From Laetmonice hystrix (Eukaryota), in NCBI GenBank assembly GCA_965235115.1, contig OZ249436.1, forward strand, positions 27,468,001 through 27,532,000: a stretch of 64,000 bases of DNA. Reading direction: 5' to 3'. Numbering within the stretch: position 1 is the stretch's first letter; the number at the start of each line of letters is the position of its first letter. Shown piece after piece: positions 11,636 through 25,401 of the stretch. Under the pieces are notes generated by a model. The model did not search any database and was not told where the DNA came from. It worked only from the letters and a program-made list of their open reading frames with translations. A program made the position numbers and the translations under genes.

Positions 11636-14600
11636 AGTTTGACCAAACATGATCGGTACTGCTGACGACTTGAACACAAGACGATGACTACATTTGTGCC
11701 AGTACCTTCGATATCAAACTCCATATGGTTTACTCGGTAAAATTTCTAGGTTAAAGTGTAGATGTATTACAGAGATTCACACTTTGATGTGTAAGAAACT
11801 ATCTTGACATCAAAGAGCTTTACACGTCTGTATTGTGGCCGCATTGAATACCGTGTACATTGTACTTTAACTTGTGAAACATGATGAGTTTGAACTTTCA
11901 AGGACGTTTGAACTTCTGAGTCCAGATATGACTGAAGCCAACTCATATTGAAGGAAGCAGGCGTTACTCAAGGAAAGTAGGTCACGATCAAAAGCGTTTG
12001 TTAAATCTTGTTGTTTGATCGGATGACAAAGGTGGAACTTGCTGCTGGTATTTCCCTTCTGTAACCGGTTGTGACGGTTTATACTCGGTATCATGACTGT
12101 ACATGTGTGGTGGCCTTTGGTCTTGCTCTTGTCGCAGTGTGAGGCCGCTCTTTTATCAGGTACAAGGAATTTGTTATCAAAATATTATGAAATATATGCA
12201 CGCTACGTGTACTGTATAATCATTATTTTAAGGAGCCCATAAATTGAAAAGTATTAATTGTAGAATAAATGTCATCACAACAAGTTATAACTAAATTATT
12301 TTGGTGTACCACCAGTTTTAATTTATTCGATACTCTACTTCGAAATGTTCTATTAAATGGAAGGTAATTAGTGGTGTCTTTCAACTCATTAGTCTGACAT
12401 GATTGGTTTTTCATTTTCTGGTAACTCCTTGTTACCACCGGAAGTTTATAGGTCAGCATTGTCGAGCATTAAGTACAACGACAAATGAGGAGCGTTATGG
12501 CATCGTTTACATGAGCAGCACTCCACAATGTCAGCCGAGCTGTCCTGTCGCCATAACGCATGTAATCATGTATTGGCTTTAATGTAACCAGTATATGAAA
12601 AATGGGTCACCAGCTGAGCTATAGAGAATCCATTTATGGTGACCCAGTTAATCCTATAAAATGTCATGTTACCTAGTCTCATGACAATTGTGGGTTTGCA
12701 AGATGAATAGGAAACATCTTTTTCTTAGAGAACAGGATAATTCGAAAAATTATTTTTTTCTACATGTATTCGACCGTTAACTTTGTCAGCGTTTAGTGTT
12801 TGTGAGATTGGTGTACGAATGGTGGTTGACCCATATTTTGATACCTCCAGGACGAGTTGGAACCTCTGGGACAAGTTGAGACCTCCGGGACGAGAGGTCG
12901 GTGAGGTCTGGGGAGCATGTATAGGGGCGCTGTGTCAGAGTGACATATATAGTGTTAGGTAATATATAACGTACGACCTAACCCAAGTGGGTCGGACCTC
13001 TTGGGACAGAACTACCCCAGATACAACCTATCCGGGATACATGTAGTAAATAATAATAATAATAATAAAAAGATCTGACATAGAATAGTGGCGTACTTTT
13101 TCATTTTGCTGTGATTTTCCTGGCCATGTGTTTTCGTGAGGTATTTCTTTTGGTGATGTCGGGTTGGACTCGGGTGTCAAAACGTCGGGACCTCGTCATC
13201 GAGCAGTGGTTGTTGTTCGTGACAGATTGTTTTCATTCATTTCATTCCAGGATCGGTTGCAGCCCTGGATCTGCAGGTTACCAATCAAGTTGTCAGAGCA
13301 TTTTATAGAAAGGTGCCCGGGACAAATCAACGGTTCTTTTAAAGGGACGGCCCTCATGAAAATATGGAAAAGTACCAACTGCCAATTTTCCTTCCTGAAT
13401 GGATAAAGGAGGCGGAAAAAAGACAATTTTATCTATAAATCAGCGAGGATTGTTGTGTTTTCAAGTGAAGACTCGTTTCAAGTTTTCTTATTGAACAGCA
13501 GTGAAAAGAACAACCAGCGTAAGTTTAAAGGTGTTTGTTTTTTCCTTTTTTCGTGTCTTTTATCATTTTTACGGAATAACGTTGGCAGTTGGTGCTTTAT
13601 AATACTTTCCGCAATGAGTCCCTTTAAATGCATTGATTGATATCAAAATGTTTAGAAGAATTCATATATCCGATGTAATTTTTAACCAAACTTTTTTGGC
13701 TTTAAAAGGTCAAGTCGGGTTATCGCTTTTGTCGGTCGCCCGAACATCTTACAAATAAGCACATTGTAAGTACTTATGCGTCGCCTTTAGCGAACAATTC
13801 ACCACAGACTTTTGAAAAACAGATATGCATGTTTTTTCTAAGGGATTCTTTGTTTGCCACCAGGCATCCTATATTATGAAAGTTAAGGCTAGCTTTAAAA
13901 TGCCACGCTTAGATGATATATTCTCTTTATGCTTTCTTTATATCCAATAAAGCATTCTTAGTTCCCCGATATAGGAGCCGGGATGTTTGACTAAGGTGGG
14001 AAAGTTAAACTAGGTACAGTTGTAGGGGATTTAATATTGGACTGGCAATGTTTGGGGTTGGTATTTCGTTGTATATCTGCTGCTGAGAATCTCTGAACAC
14101 TGGAATTCGGTCTGAGATTTATAGCGAGTGAATAAAAAGCACATGTGAACACGATCTTATTGTAAGTAAACGAAGACCCTGTTTCTTTGAGTCGTCTTTT
14201 GTTACTGGAGACTGCCAACATACAGACTGTAGGGGGTGGGGAGTCATCTTAAGTGTCATGTGTCACTCTTTCACCTTACATCAAGATCAGGTAAGGATTG
14301 TATAATACAAATTACATGTAGTTCCTATACCCACAGATAGTCCATACCCATGCAGGTGGTGGTTGTGACTCCAACGGCTTCATAGTTATCGTGTCTTCCA
14401 TTCCAAGTCTTTATCCATCACGCTGACCCGACTGACCCCCTCTAAGTCACATCCCATCTCACCAATTTGAAATTGGGTGGGGAAAGTACAGGAGATCATT
14501 TACAAAACTACTCCAGTATTCCTGCGTGTTGCTTGTCTCCCACCAGCTTACTCTAAACTCTACCTGAATGAAGTAGGAAGTTTTTGTTACGCGGCCAATG

Positions 14601-17600
14601 TTGTTAAGTAAGAGGAGGCCAACACTGCTATAATACTGCTTTACATAACGCAGTTATTTGGCATGTCATTATAAAATATCTTAAACGTGATCTCTATTGT
14701 TCAAGCAGTCTATAGAGTTTTCCTTTTTTCTATTAGAATAGTGAACCAAGAGAAGTGTGATGGCCTATGAACCCACACACGTGTGCACACGTGTCGGTGG
14801 GGATGGCGTTTGTTGCACTCGTTGCAGCTGGTCCGTGTCATGATGACAATGTCTCCACCCAACCTCCCGCACCTGTTACCGACTTCCGTGACGTCATTAG
14901 TCACCTTACGGTTAACCAGTGTGACGTCATTCGAGGTAATTTCCTGTCGCAATCTGAAGGGGGACACAACTGGTAGGCCTGAGTAACCATCATGTATCAT
15001 GTTTGCCTCGCCCAGACATTGATTAATATATATGTGATTAATGTTCCCCATGTGCCCCCCCCCCCCCGATGTTCAGCAGAAAACGCATGGATGTTTCATT
15101 CATTCTCAAGTATCGCCAACGGCATTCGTGATTCCGTGTCGTGCAGGTGGTGGGTGACGGGCTTTGAAAAGCTTCGTCGAACATTGAATGAACGAAGCGG
15201 TCATGTGCAGGTCTGAATGATGTTATACTGTTCAAGGAATCCTCACATGAATGATGTCTGTAAATACTCCTCACGGACAATTACAGCGGCCTTAGGGCTA
15301 ATCTGTAACCAGGAATATTATATCAAGTCCGCTTGCTCAGTTGACTTCAAGAAATACAGGTCTTCACACGCCTATCATTGCTTCACAGAAATGGCTTCAC
15401 AGAAACAAAACCATAACCTGCCAAGTCAACATTATCCACTTTCTCCAAATATAATCCATGCCAGAAATGGCAGGCCCCAACCTGTTGCGCGACCCTTTGT
15501 TTGAGCCAAACTTGCAAACATCGTTAGGTAACATGTCAAGGGCGCGACGTCATAACGTGATGCCGTCATTTTCTAGCAGACGACCATTTACAAGGGATGC
15601 ACCCGTTCTCCCGTACTATTACCACCTAGTTGTGAAACGTGAGCGAGGCCGGGATCAGCATGTATCTAGCTCCATATAATGCCTCCATAGGAAGTGTCAG
15701 GGGACGGCTAACGTATACGTAATTGGGCGGAATCCAATCAGCTTTTGAAATGTCCTGCGCTAATTCCTAAAAACGTCATGTTGTGACGTTGTTTCGCGGC
15801 GGTCCGATTTCCGGCAGAAAAAGGGGGTTCCAAGATGGCTACAATCAGCAGTATGTGGTTGTTTTTACTGGTTGAAGGCGAGACAGGGACAACGCTAACA
15901 GATGGCGTGCCACATGTTAGTAGGGCTGGGTTAATGAAATAAAGAGCTCGGGTTGGCTTCGCTATCATCACGCAGAAGGTCAGAGGCGATAATTGAGACA
16001 CACAATTTAGTGCACACGAGACGTAATCACCACTGCTATTTTACAGCTCATACTGTTCATTGTGATGGTGATTTGCCCAACAATAACTTTTAGTGATTGG
16101 TGAAAGTGATTTACCGGTATTCGTTATTGCAAGGAGGCTCGACAAGCCAAGTAGATTGGGCGTGTATTCAATTAAATAAAGCATATACGGAAGAAACGCT
16201 ACAGAGATTAAATTAACTATGTAACACGTCATTGTCTGCATGTATGTATAGAAAAGTAATGTTATTATTGGATCTGTAAGTACGGCGTGCCAGTGCAATG
16301 GATAGAGATTGATTCGGCTTGCAATAATGTTATTCCTATATGGCTATCCCACGAGTTTTCAATCAAGGCATGTTCCGCTTATTTGCTTATGGTACTGAGG
16401 GCCCTTAGCCCGAATCGTGCATTATTAAGTCCGCGACTACTGGCTTGAATTTATCACCAGTCAATAGCTAATCCAGTTTGTGCATTCATCCCGTAAAAGC
16501 GGTTTGATTTTAATTGGATTACATGTACTGACGCGGATGCAGGCATGCAAGCGCCTTCACAATCCATGCACCCATTTTCCTACTGGCATGCAAGAGTTGT
16601 GTTTGATTCAGACAGAAGCATCTATAGGTCCACACCGACGATATCTTGAAACTTATGCGCCCGTTTCATATTTTGCTTTTTCTCTGTGACTGATCGCGAA
16701 GACGTAATAATTATTGTCGGCTTTTGATTTGTTGACCAAGAAGGGCAGTTTTAATGAAGGTGTACCGGTGAGGTTTACCCGTGGTATTATTACAGGTGAT
16801 CCAGCATGCATGCAGCCTCGTGCCTGGGAGCACGACCATCAAGGATTCACGAGTGGAGTGAAGCGGGGGGCGTGGTTAGGTTTCATGCATGCTTCGTGCA
16901 GCCCGGACACAGTGTGCCGGTGGCAGTCGGTGGGGGGACGGGGGCGGAGACAGAGGTTGGGGGAAGCGAGTTGGGAGGGGGGGGGGGTGCAGGGAATTTA
17001 TTCGCCTGTATTGAGGCTAAATCAGTAGTGCGTGTTGTTTGTTCTAACACATGAAATGTTTATGTTTTAATTGGTGATTATCGCCATGGCTTGGCGCAAA
17101 TCACGAACGTGAAAATGTGGCACGGTGCCGAGCTTATGGCCACTGAACGGCACGACAGAACCCACCACCGACACAAAATGGCAGCCATTTGCTACTGCCT
17201 ATAGAATTACAAATGAACTAGCCAGGAAAATAAAATGTCATTTGGAAAATATTATTCAACCGCAAACTGCTGGTTTGTGTGGGAAAGGGTGAGTGGCATG
17301 GAGTTTTGTCCCCTCTAGTCTGGTTGACTGGGGGTACCGTGATGTGGTGCGCTCTGCAGTTGGTTTATTATGCATGGGAACCGTTCGAATGGTACTGGTG
17401 GTGCCAGAGCGGCTGACAGTGACGCCGCCATCACCCCCAGCTGCCACCCCCAAACACCACCTACCCCTCCCCAGAGATCCCCATCACTCGCAGCTAATTG
17501 ACGGATTGGTCCAGACTCTTCAGCTCAACAAAACAATGGATATTTGGAAAAAATGGGACTTTCTATTCAACACTGGCGCGAATTAACATTATCTTCTGTA

Positions 17601-20600
17601 GGTGTTCTTTACTTTGAACGCCTGAACAACAACAACACAATGTTCACAATTGCCTTCAACCGGATCTGATTCTATAGTTAAACCTCTGTCGTGTTATGTG
17701 GAACTACATATTCAATATTATACGTATCATCAGTTAATTGGATTGGATATTGAATAGTGTGGCTGCATGTAACCGAAGCTTTACAATCAACCGTTTCTTC
17801 CCTCTCTGACCTATTCATCGTGTATACAGCTTACTGTACTCGAGCGTCGTCCCAGGTGTCATGTTGGTTCTGTATGTCGTTGACTGAATATTTTCAGGGG
17901 TGGATGTCAGTTATTAGCGGGGGAGGGGGGGTCCATGGACGTGTGGAGTTCAGGAGGAGGAGGAGGAGGAGGGGTTGGGGGTTAGGGGGTATGAGTGGAT
18001 CTTTATTGGGAGAGCCGGGGGCATTGTTTGCCGAGTGTTGCACGTGGTCGGGACAGGCCGGGCGCTGATTGATGCCGACAACAGAGCAGTTCTGTTAAAG
18101 GTCGCTACTCGCGTGTCAATACGACCGCAGCTCTAGCCTGCTCGACCCGCTGGCTGCCCGGCCCGCTGCCCGCCTCCTGCCCGCCTCCTGCCCGCCTGGC
18201 TCGGTCTAGCCTGGCTGGCTGACTGGCTTCATGGCGAGAGACGTCTATGGCTGCTGCCTGCGTGCTCTCGACTCCAGCGTTATTTCCGACCTGGTCGCTT
18301 GGCGAACACTAATCGCGTTGTCGTGACACTTGTCCCTGTGTCACCCTCATCAAGGGTTGAGGTCAGGGTTCAACTGGACATCGTCATTCGTCGCTGTCGG
18401 AGCCAGGCGGGGGCAGTGCAAGGTCGTCGGGTGACCCCTTCTGTCATTTTTTTAAATACTCCGGGGGCGTGACATTGGGGGATACGGGTGGCGGTGTCCA
18501 TGCAGACGACCTTCAGGGCCTTTAGTTTATTTCTGATGTCAATAACCTACCCGCTGTCTTTAACCTTAACATCAGAACACTCAGCAAAGTCTCAACTATA
18601 CCAGCTGTTACTGAGAGCTACACAACCCGTATCGTAGGTTGGCCATTACACCTTGAAAAACGATTAAACTGCTGACATTAAGGGATTCTCTTTCTCTCTT
18701 TTTTTACAAACAAAATAAAAATACTTTCATAACAAATAATTGTTGCGTTCACACTTGGTTGGGAACAAAGGTCGTGGGATTACACCACATGCGTGCACAT
18801 TTACGAGAGAGATTCGTTTTGCATGCAAGGCGGGTGCTTGGAGGACTTGGTCGGGAGAGGAGGTTTTAATCGAAAGGCTTGAAAGGGACGGGATCAAATA
18901 TTGACGAGCCCTGGACACGCCGGGACCTGGCATGCGGCCCTTAGCAGCGCCCTCCAGCGGTCAGAGGTCCAACTCGCCAATATTGAAGGTCAGCGCTGAC
19001 GGGCGAAACTTTACGCGAATTGTCGCCGCAAATGACCACCTCGTTCCATATCCATGCGTCCAGGGGGAAACAGCAACTGTAAATCTTGTTTATCATATCC
19101 TAATACGTGCTGGGCAAATTGCCGGTGCAAATGAGAATGGAAATCAGCGGCGCTGTGGACATGGCGTTATCGATTAAACTGGACTGTTATTGCCCAATAC
19201 CAGCATGAGCAGCATAATGAGGAGTGGGTGGGGATGGGTCGGAGAGGAGGCCCCTATGTCATCATTGGTCAACGGATTAAAAGTATAAACAGCACCAAGC
19301 CAACGGTTCCATGCCATCTGACAATTATTGTGCGTTTTGTGACGGCAGACCTTGTAATGATAAATAGATAGAGATAGGCGTAAATATATAGTGAATGAGT
19401 AGTCTGTGGTTTACCGTCCTCTCTCAGAGGGTGGGGAAACAAAGGTAGGACTAGTTTCACAGAAGCGACCTCCCAGCAAAGCGGCCTTTGACTACCCAGT
19501 TCTGGAGCACTGGGGGGCGAGACACAAACCAGTCTGCCCTCCTACCACTTGATTGTGTAATCCGAGGCCCACACGAGCCCTCAATCCATTCGTTGCCTCT
19601 TACAAACAGCAAGGGTGTGCTGTGCACTATGGCCTAACAGGGCGGCAAAGATAGAGCAAGAAACTTATCCCAACGTTTACTTTCCGAGTTTATCCCCGTT
19701 TTACTGCCTCCCTCAAGAGAAAGAGAGAGAGAGAACAGGGGCGCAGAGTGTATAGGTTTGTGTTGAGTAGGTTTAGCATGTAACGTATGCTAAAGGCTGG
19801 GAGACCTCACATACCAGAACAAATTCCGCGGTTGCTCGGTGGCCTCAGACTGCCATTCCGTTCAGTGTTGCTCGGTTGGCAAGTCGGTCGTTCGTGCACA
19901 GAGACCTGCCATCGGCACTAATACCGAGTTAATGAAACCTCGCGTACGATGCAAATGATAGGAATCGGTCGAAATTTGCATGATTGGGGTGGAGAACCCG
20001 TGCCTAGTCAAGTAGAGAACCCCGGGGCGCGAGTAGACAAGTTCACATGGCTTCTGTGCATGTAAATTGGACGGACCCCTGCTGTCTGTGGGACCCGGCA
20101 GCCGCCAGCAGCTGTGACAAGGTTTATAAAATCTAGTCACCATGCCATTTCAGGCCTGTCTTTCACCGTCATTGGGAGCACGGTATTATGTATTTATCTT
20201 AATGTCGTTGGGTAATATTGCATGCTGTCGGAATATGAGACCGACACGCGTCTAGACAGACCGGCTATGTGACGTCCTTATCATGCAGCAATCAGTAGAT
20301 TTATACGGTAGGAGGTTTGACGGAGAGTATAAACCATCAGTTTATCTGTCCCGTCCTTTCCAAGTAATTAACGCTGAAGGGAGAATGGCCGCGTTATAAT
20401 ACACGAGGGGCGTGTTAGTAAGACAGGCGGGGGGGCATCAACAGAAAACAGTATAATAAATACCATGGCAACAGAAGAGAGCCATGAATGAAACGTCAAG
20501 ATGTATGATATGGCCCATATACACGCTGCCGTTATTCTATACTACCGATGGTATTGTGTGACTAGTTATCTATGGCAAAGTCGGTTAGAGCAGTAGAGAG

Positions 20601-20856
20601 GAGAGAAAGAGACTCTATATTTAGAGAAGACAAATAAGGTCAGTGTGATATTGTGTGGCTGGCTATAACAAGATAAGGAACATGGGTTTTTCTGCTGAAA
20701 ACGACCACACTTATGTCTTTAACCATAAATATTTCATTAAGAAGAACGCATTAAATATTTTAAGGGGTGTAGCTTCATAAATATAAACTGGCTAGTGATC
20801 TTTGTAAAAGGAGATGTGATCATAATATTTCTGCCGGGCTACAACCAGGGCGCAAA

Positions 20857-21367
20857 TACGTTACCGTGAACAGCATTCTGTGCTGTATGGTATTACCATT
20901 ATGTACGTTACGGTGAACATTCTGTGTTGTATGGTATTACCATTATGTACGTTACCGTGAACATTCTGTGCTGTATGGTATTACCATTATGTACGTTACC
21001 GTGAACATTCTGTGCTGTATGGTATTACCATTACGTACGTCACCGTGAACATTCTGTGCTGTATGGTATTACCATTATGTACGTTACCGTGAACATTCTG
21101 TGCTGTATGGTATTACCATTATGTACGTTACCGTGAACATTCTGTGCTGTATGGTATTACCATTATGTACGTTACCGTGAACATTCTGTGCTGTATGGTA
21201 TTACCATTATGTACGTTACCGTGAACATTCTGTGCTGTATGGTATTACCATTATGTACGTTACCGTGAACATTCTGTGCTGTATGGTATTACCATTATGT
21301 ACGTTACCGTGAACATTTTGTACTGTATGGTATTACCATTATGTACGTTACCGTGAACATTCTGTGC
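20857..21367. repeat. Minisatellite, 44-bp unit, ~11.5 copies
   Basis: Unit TACGTTACCGTGAACATTCTGTGCTGTATGGTATTACCATTATG; period 44 (20948 to 20992). Confidence 0.98.
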
Positions 21368-22532
21368 ATTCCATTATGTCAAATAGATAAAGTATTTACT
21401 ACAGTTGCGCCAATCGACGGGTACCAATGGAAGTGGACAGCTGTCCCATTGTCTCCCATCCCCACCTGTTATAAAATAATTGATGAACGATCTCCCATGT
21501 AGAGCGTTACTTTTAAAGTAGGAAATAAAACTTGTCGAGGCAGAAACAGAAATTGACCCGTACTGAGTGACGAACCAGCGACGGGTTTTTGTTAACCTCC
21601 TGGGGTAACCGAAGCCATGTGTTAGCTGGGTGCTGATTGGCGGACAATTGTCTCATTATGATGCATGGCCCCCGGCGGGCGGCCGCGACAAAGGTCACAC
21701 CGCGCCGGTCACGCCCACCCAGGCCAGACCTTACCCCACACCCCCTCCACCCACCCCCAACCCGGCCTCACCCTTTGTTATTCTACTAATCAATGTTATT
21801 GCCTTTGTTTGTGAACGGTGTTAGAAACTGCTGCCAGACTGCTCTGGACTCCTCCGTGTCCATCGTTGTTTTGACTGTGTACTTAAGAACCCAGGTGTGG
21901 ACTAATTACCTGCAGTGAAGTCAGCCATCCTCCGTTTCTTAATACACTTGCCGTTAAGTTGACAGCAACAATGAAAGGTCCCCAGGAATTTGATTGATAC
22001 TTTCTAACCAGATGAGCGCAGTAAGTAGAGTTTCACAGCCTTCAATAAAAGGTCATGATAATTTATATAAAACTCCTATCACCATCGATAACATTCCAGG
22101 CGGGACGCTATAATAGAGCACCGACATCTTCCTATCTGCTTTGGTTCTTGACAGATAACGCTGAAGCTGTTATCTCGTCACTTACTACATAACACCACTC
22201 ATCAAGTGCTTGTATATGTAAATGTATAGATCAACAGCACGACCTTTCAGGATCCTACTGTGACCTGAGTGACTATAGAATTGGACGTATCGTGTCATGG
22301 CCGGCGGAGGCGGCGCGGTCGATGGTGTGAGGCACGGGGCCAACTGACAAAGCCCCAACATTGTCGTCAGCAACCGGTCAAGGAATTCTTTTTTTTTTTT
22401 TTTTGAAAACCTAATTCGCTGTAAAGCATTAGAGCCCCGGGGTCAAGGCGAACGATTCTTCTCGTGGCAGAGCGGGGCCAGTCGGAGAGCGAGGTCTCGC
22501 ACGCATATTTCCCATTTGTCTCCATTTTACAG

Positions 22533-22631
22533 CCACTCAGCCGACAATAATTGCTATATTTTTACATTATCATGTATACACTTTACGGGCTGTTACCAAC
22601 ACAATGCTAATAGAGATACCCTTGGGGGCAG
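22533..22631 (+). other. Candidate 99-nt internal exon (coding status unknown)
   Basis: Polypyrimidine acceptor TTTCCCATTTGTCTCCATTTTACAG| and consensus donor CAG|GTGAGT. No recognisable protein similarity. Confidence 0.25.
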
Positions 22632-23514
22632 GTGAGTAAAAAAACAGGAATGGAATGAACGAAGCAACATATCAATTTTTTTATTTATTTTTTTTCAAGC
22701 CATGTAAGTCTAATATAAATAGACTGGATGTAAGCTGATATCGACGGTGAATTGGCACGTTATCATTATGTTCAGCTATATCTAAGGACGGACAAACTGT
22801 TAACACCAAACGGTTGTTAGGTGAGTCGTTTAAATCCCGTGAGAAAACAGGTTTCAAGTGCCAACTCCACGTTTTTCACTCCTCTTTTTAATCCCTTTTG
22901 TCTCTGGTTCATGCTGTCCTCGACGTCGCCTCTAAAATTGCGCTTGCGTGGAGAATGTAATAGGAGTTCACTGTCTCGGATCATGTCGCCGTGTCGAGTG
23001 AAACAGATTGGTCGGTCAGAGCAAGTGTACGATTCCAACAAAGCCCTAACACACAAAACACCGCTCTATTTTAGTTTGTGTTTAAACCAGGACAAACGAG
23101 CGAGGTTCTGTTCACAAGAAAGGCACCGGGACTGTCGTGCTTGCTACAATTACAGAAGGCAATCTTTAAACACGTGACTTGTGAAATTATGTTGAATTGT
23201 TTTTTTTTTTTTTGGGGGGGGGGGGTACAAGAACAAGTTTTGGTGGCAGAGTGCTATTTAAAATATTCAGTGCGAATGTTTTTCAGTAGTGTAAACGTAT
23301 CGAACTATGAATTCAAGAAAACCATACATGACCTTCACTTAGTGCGGAACATCTAACATGATTATTATGTAAGCCTATCATTTCTCGCCTATAGCCTACT
23401 ATCTATACCCAAGCTGGTCTGAAATAACATACATATTAAGCCACACATACATTATATATAGGCCTACATGTTTAAAATCACACCACGTGTGTACTCGCAC
23501 ATCCCGTATCGTAT

Positions 23515-24087
23515 CAAGGAGCAACATTTGACCTGACCTCCCCGACACAATGAGCAACGTTTGACCTGACCTCCCGGATACAAGGAGCAACGTTTGACCT
23601 GCACCCACTTCCCTGATACAACGAGCAACATTTGACCTGCACCCACCTCCCTGATACAACGAGCAACGTTTGACCTCCACCGACCTCCCTGATACAACGA
23701 GCAACGTTTGACCTCCACCCACCTCCCTGATACAACGAGCAACGTTTGACCTGCACCCACCTCCCTGATACAACGAGCAACGTTTGACCTCCACCCACCT
23801 CCCTGATACAACGAGCAACGTTTGACCTGCACCCACCTCCTTGATACAACGAGCAACGTTTGACCTCCACCGACCTCCCTGATACAAGGAGCAACGTTTG
23901 GCCTCCACCGACCTCCCTGATACAACGAGCAACGTTTGACCTGCACCCACCTCCCTGATACAAGGAGCAACGTTTGACCTGCACCCACCTCCCTGATACA
24001 ACGAGCAACGTTTGACCTGCACCCACCTCCCTGAAACAACGAGCAACGTTTGACCTCCACCGACCTCCCTGATACAACGAGCAACAT
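23515..24087. repeat. Minisatellite, 38-bp unit (first two units 33 bp), ~15 copies
   Basis: Unit CCTCCCTGATACAACGAGCAACGTTTGACCT(G/C)CACC(C/G)A; period 38 (23646 to 23684). Confidence 0.98.
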
Positions 24088-24572
24088 TCACAGCTGTTAC
24101 CAGTCGGGGTCAGTTTCAAACAAAGTAGTAAGGGGATCTTGGAAACTTTCTGGAAGGTGCCACCTCCACAACTGTAACAACTCGGTGAGAACTCGATGCC
24201 AGGTCCCTGTAGAAGTCCCCTGGGTCCCTGTCAAAGTCCCCTGACTATTCTTTGTGTACCACTATGTTAAGAACGGCCTAATTTGACGGGGACCTGGAGT
24301 GGGCGGGAATCGACCTCTCATATTGTCTGTAATATAGCGAGCCAATACTCACGATTCATTCCGTGAGTTTCACCGTGAGCTCTTCTTTGATTGGTCCCTT
24401 GTGTCAAGTTCAAGGACCGGTACATGAGTGATATTAACGTTAATAATCGTATCCCAAATCATATATGTATAGGCGGCCAAATATATTACGATTTATTTCT
24501 CCAATATTGGTCATTCCTTTAATACAGAATGTGGGGCCAGTAAAACAGTCAGTCATTGCCATGGATTAAACA

Positions 24573-24629
24573 GGCAGAGAGAGAGGCAGAGAGAAGCAGA
24601 GAGAGGCAGACAGACAGAGACAGAGAGAT
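24573..24629. repeat. Imperfect (GA)/(GACA) microsatellite
   Basis: Directly visible purine-rich simple repeat. Confidence 0.85.
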
Positions 24630-25401
24630 GCAGTGGGTGTTGGAGACGATGTGGCCGCCATGTCACGCTGTGTTCCCTATTATTACACTGCCGTATTACC
24701 ATCCGCCGTGACGGTCGGGGGTTTCCGCCCTGACGGTCGGGCATTAGCTCACCCCGCTGCTAATTTAATTGCGAGTATTATCCCAGCCAGGAAATCCAGT
24801 CGTCTCGAAGGGGATAGAGAGGCGGCCCCAGATCAACTGGATCTTTCTGAAGCCCCGTGGCTGTAGGCTTAGTGTTCATCTTCGTCTTGAATATATGCTA
24901 ATATGTGATATATATTATTTTGTTCATATCTTCCTTGATATATTTTTTATTTGATGCGGAGCCGAGTTTATGAGAGTGGCTTGTCATTATTATTAAGAAG
25001 AGACCAGGCTATTTTTGGCGTTGAACCAAATCTTCCACCCATTCCAAGTATAATAATATTATAATTATCAAGTCTTATTTTACAAAATGACCTGGCATTA
25101 AAAAAAATCATCGGTATTCTCTTATAACAGGGAATAATTTTCATTATGTGTAATCCAATGGCACATAAATAACATGTTCCATTGTGAAAACACACAAAGA
25201 CAAAACTTGTCACACACAAAACCTACGGTAAATGATCTCTTCCCTGTGGGTTTACTTCATTTATAATATGGAGTTAGTTGTTATAGTGGCAGAGCCAGGA
25301 GAGTCAGGGGGTTCAAACACCCCCTTGGAAACCAATTTTTCTATTTCTCCCCATAGAACATTCTGAAATGACCATGCTGAACTCCCCTCCCTTATCAAAT
25401 T

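Noticed and set aside
13980..14225. Possible solo LTR (TG...AATAAA...AACA)
   Set aside because: No clear target-site duplication or terminal inverted repeat, and no second copy in the window.
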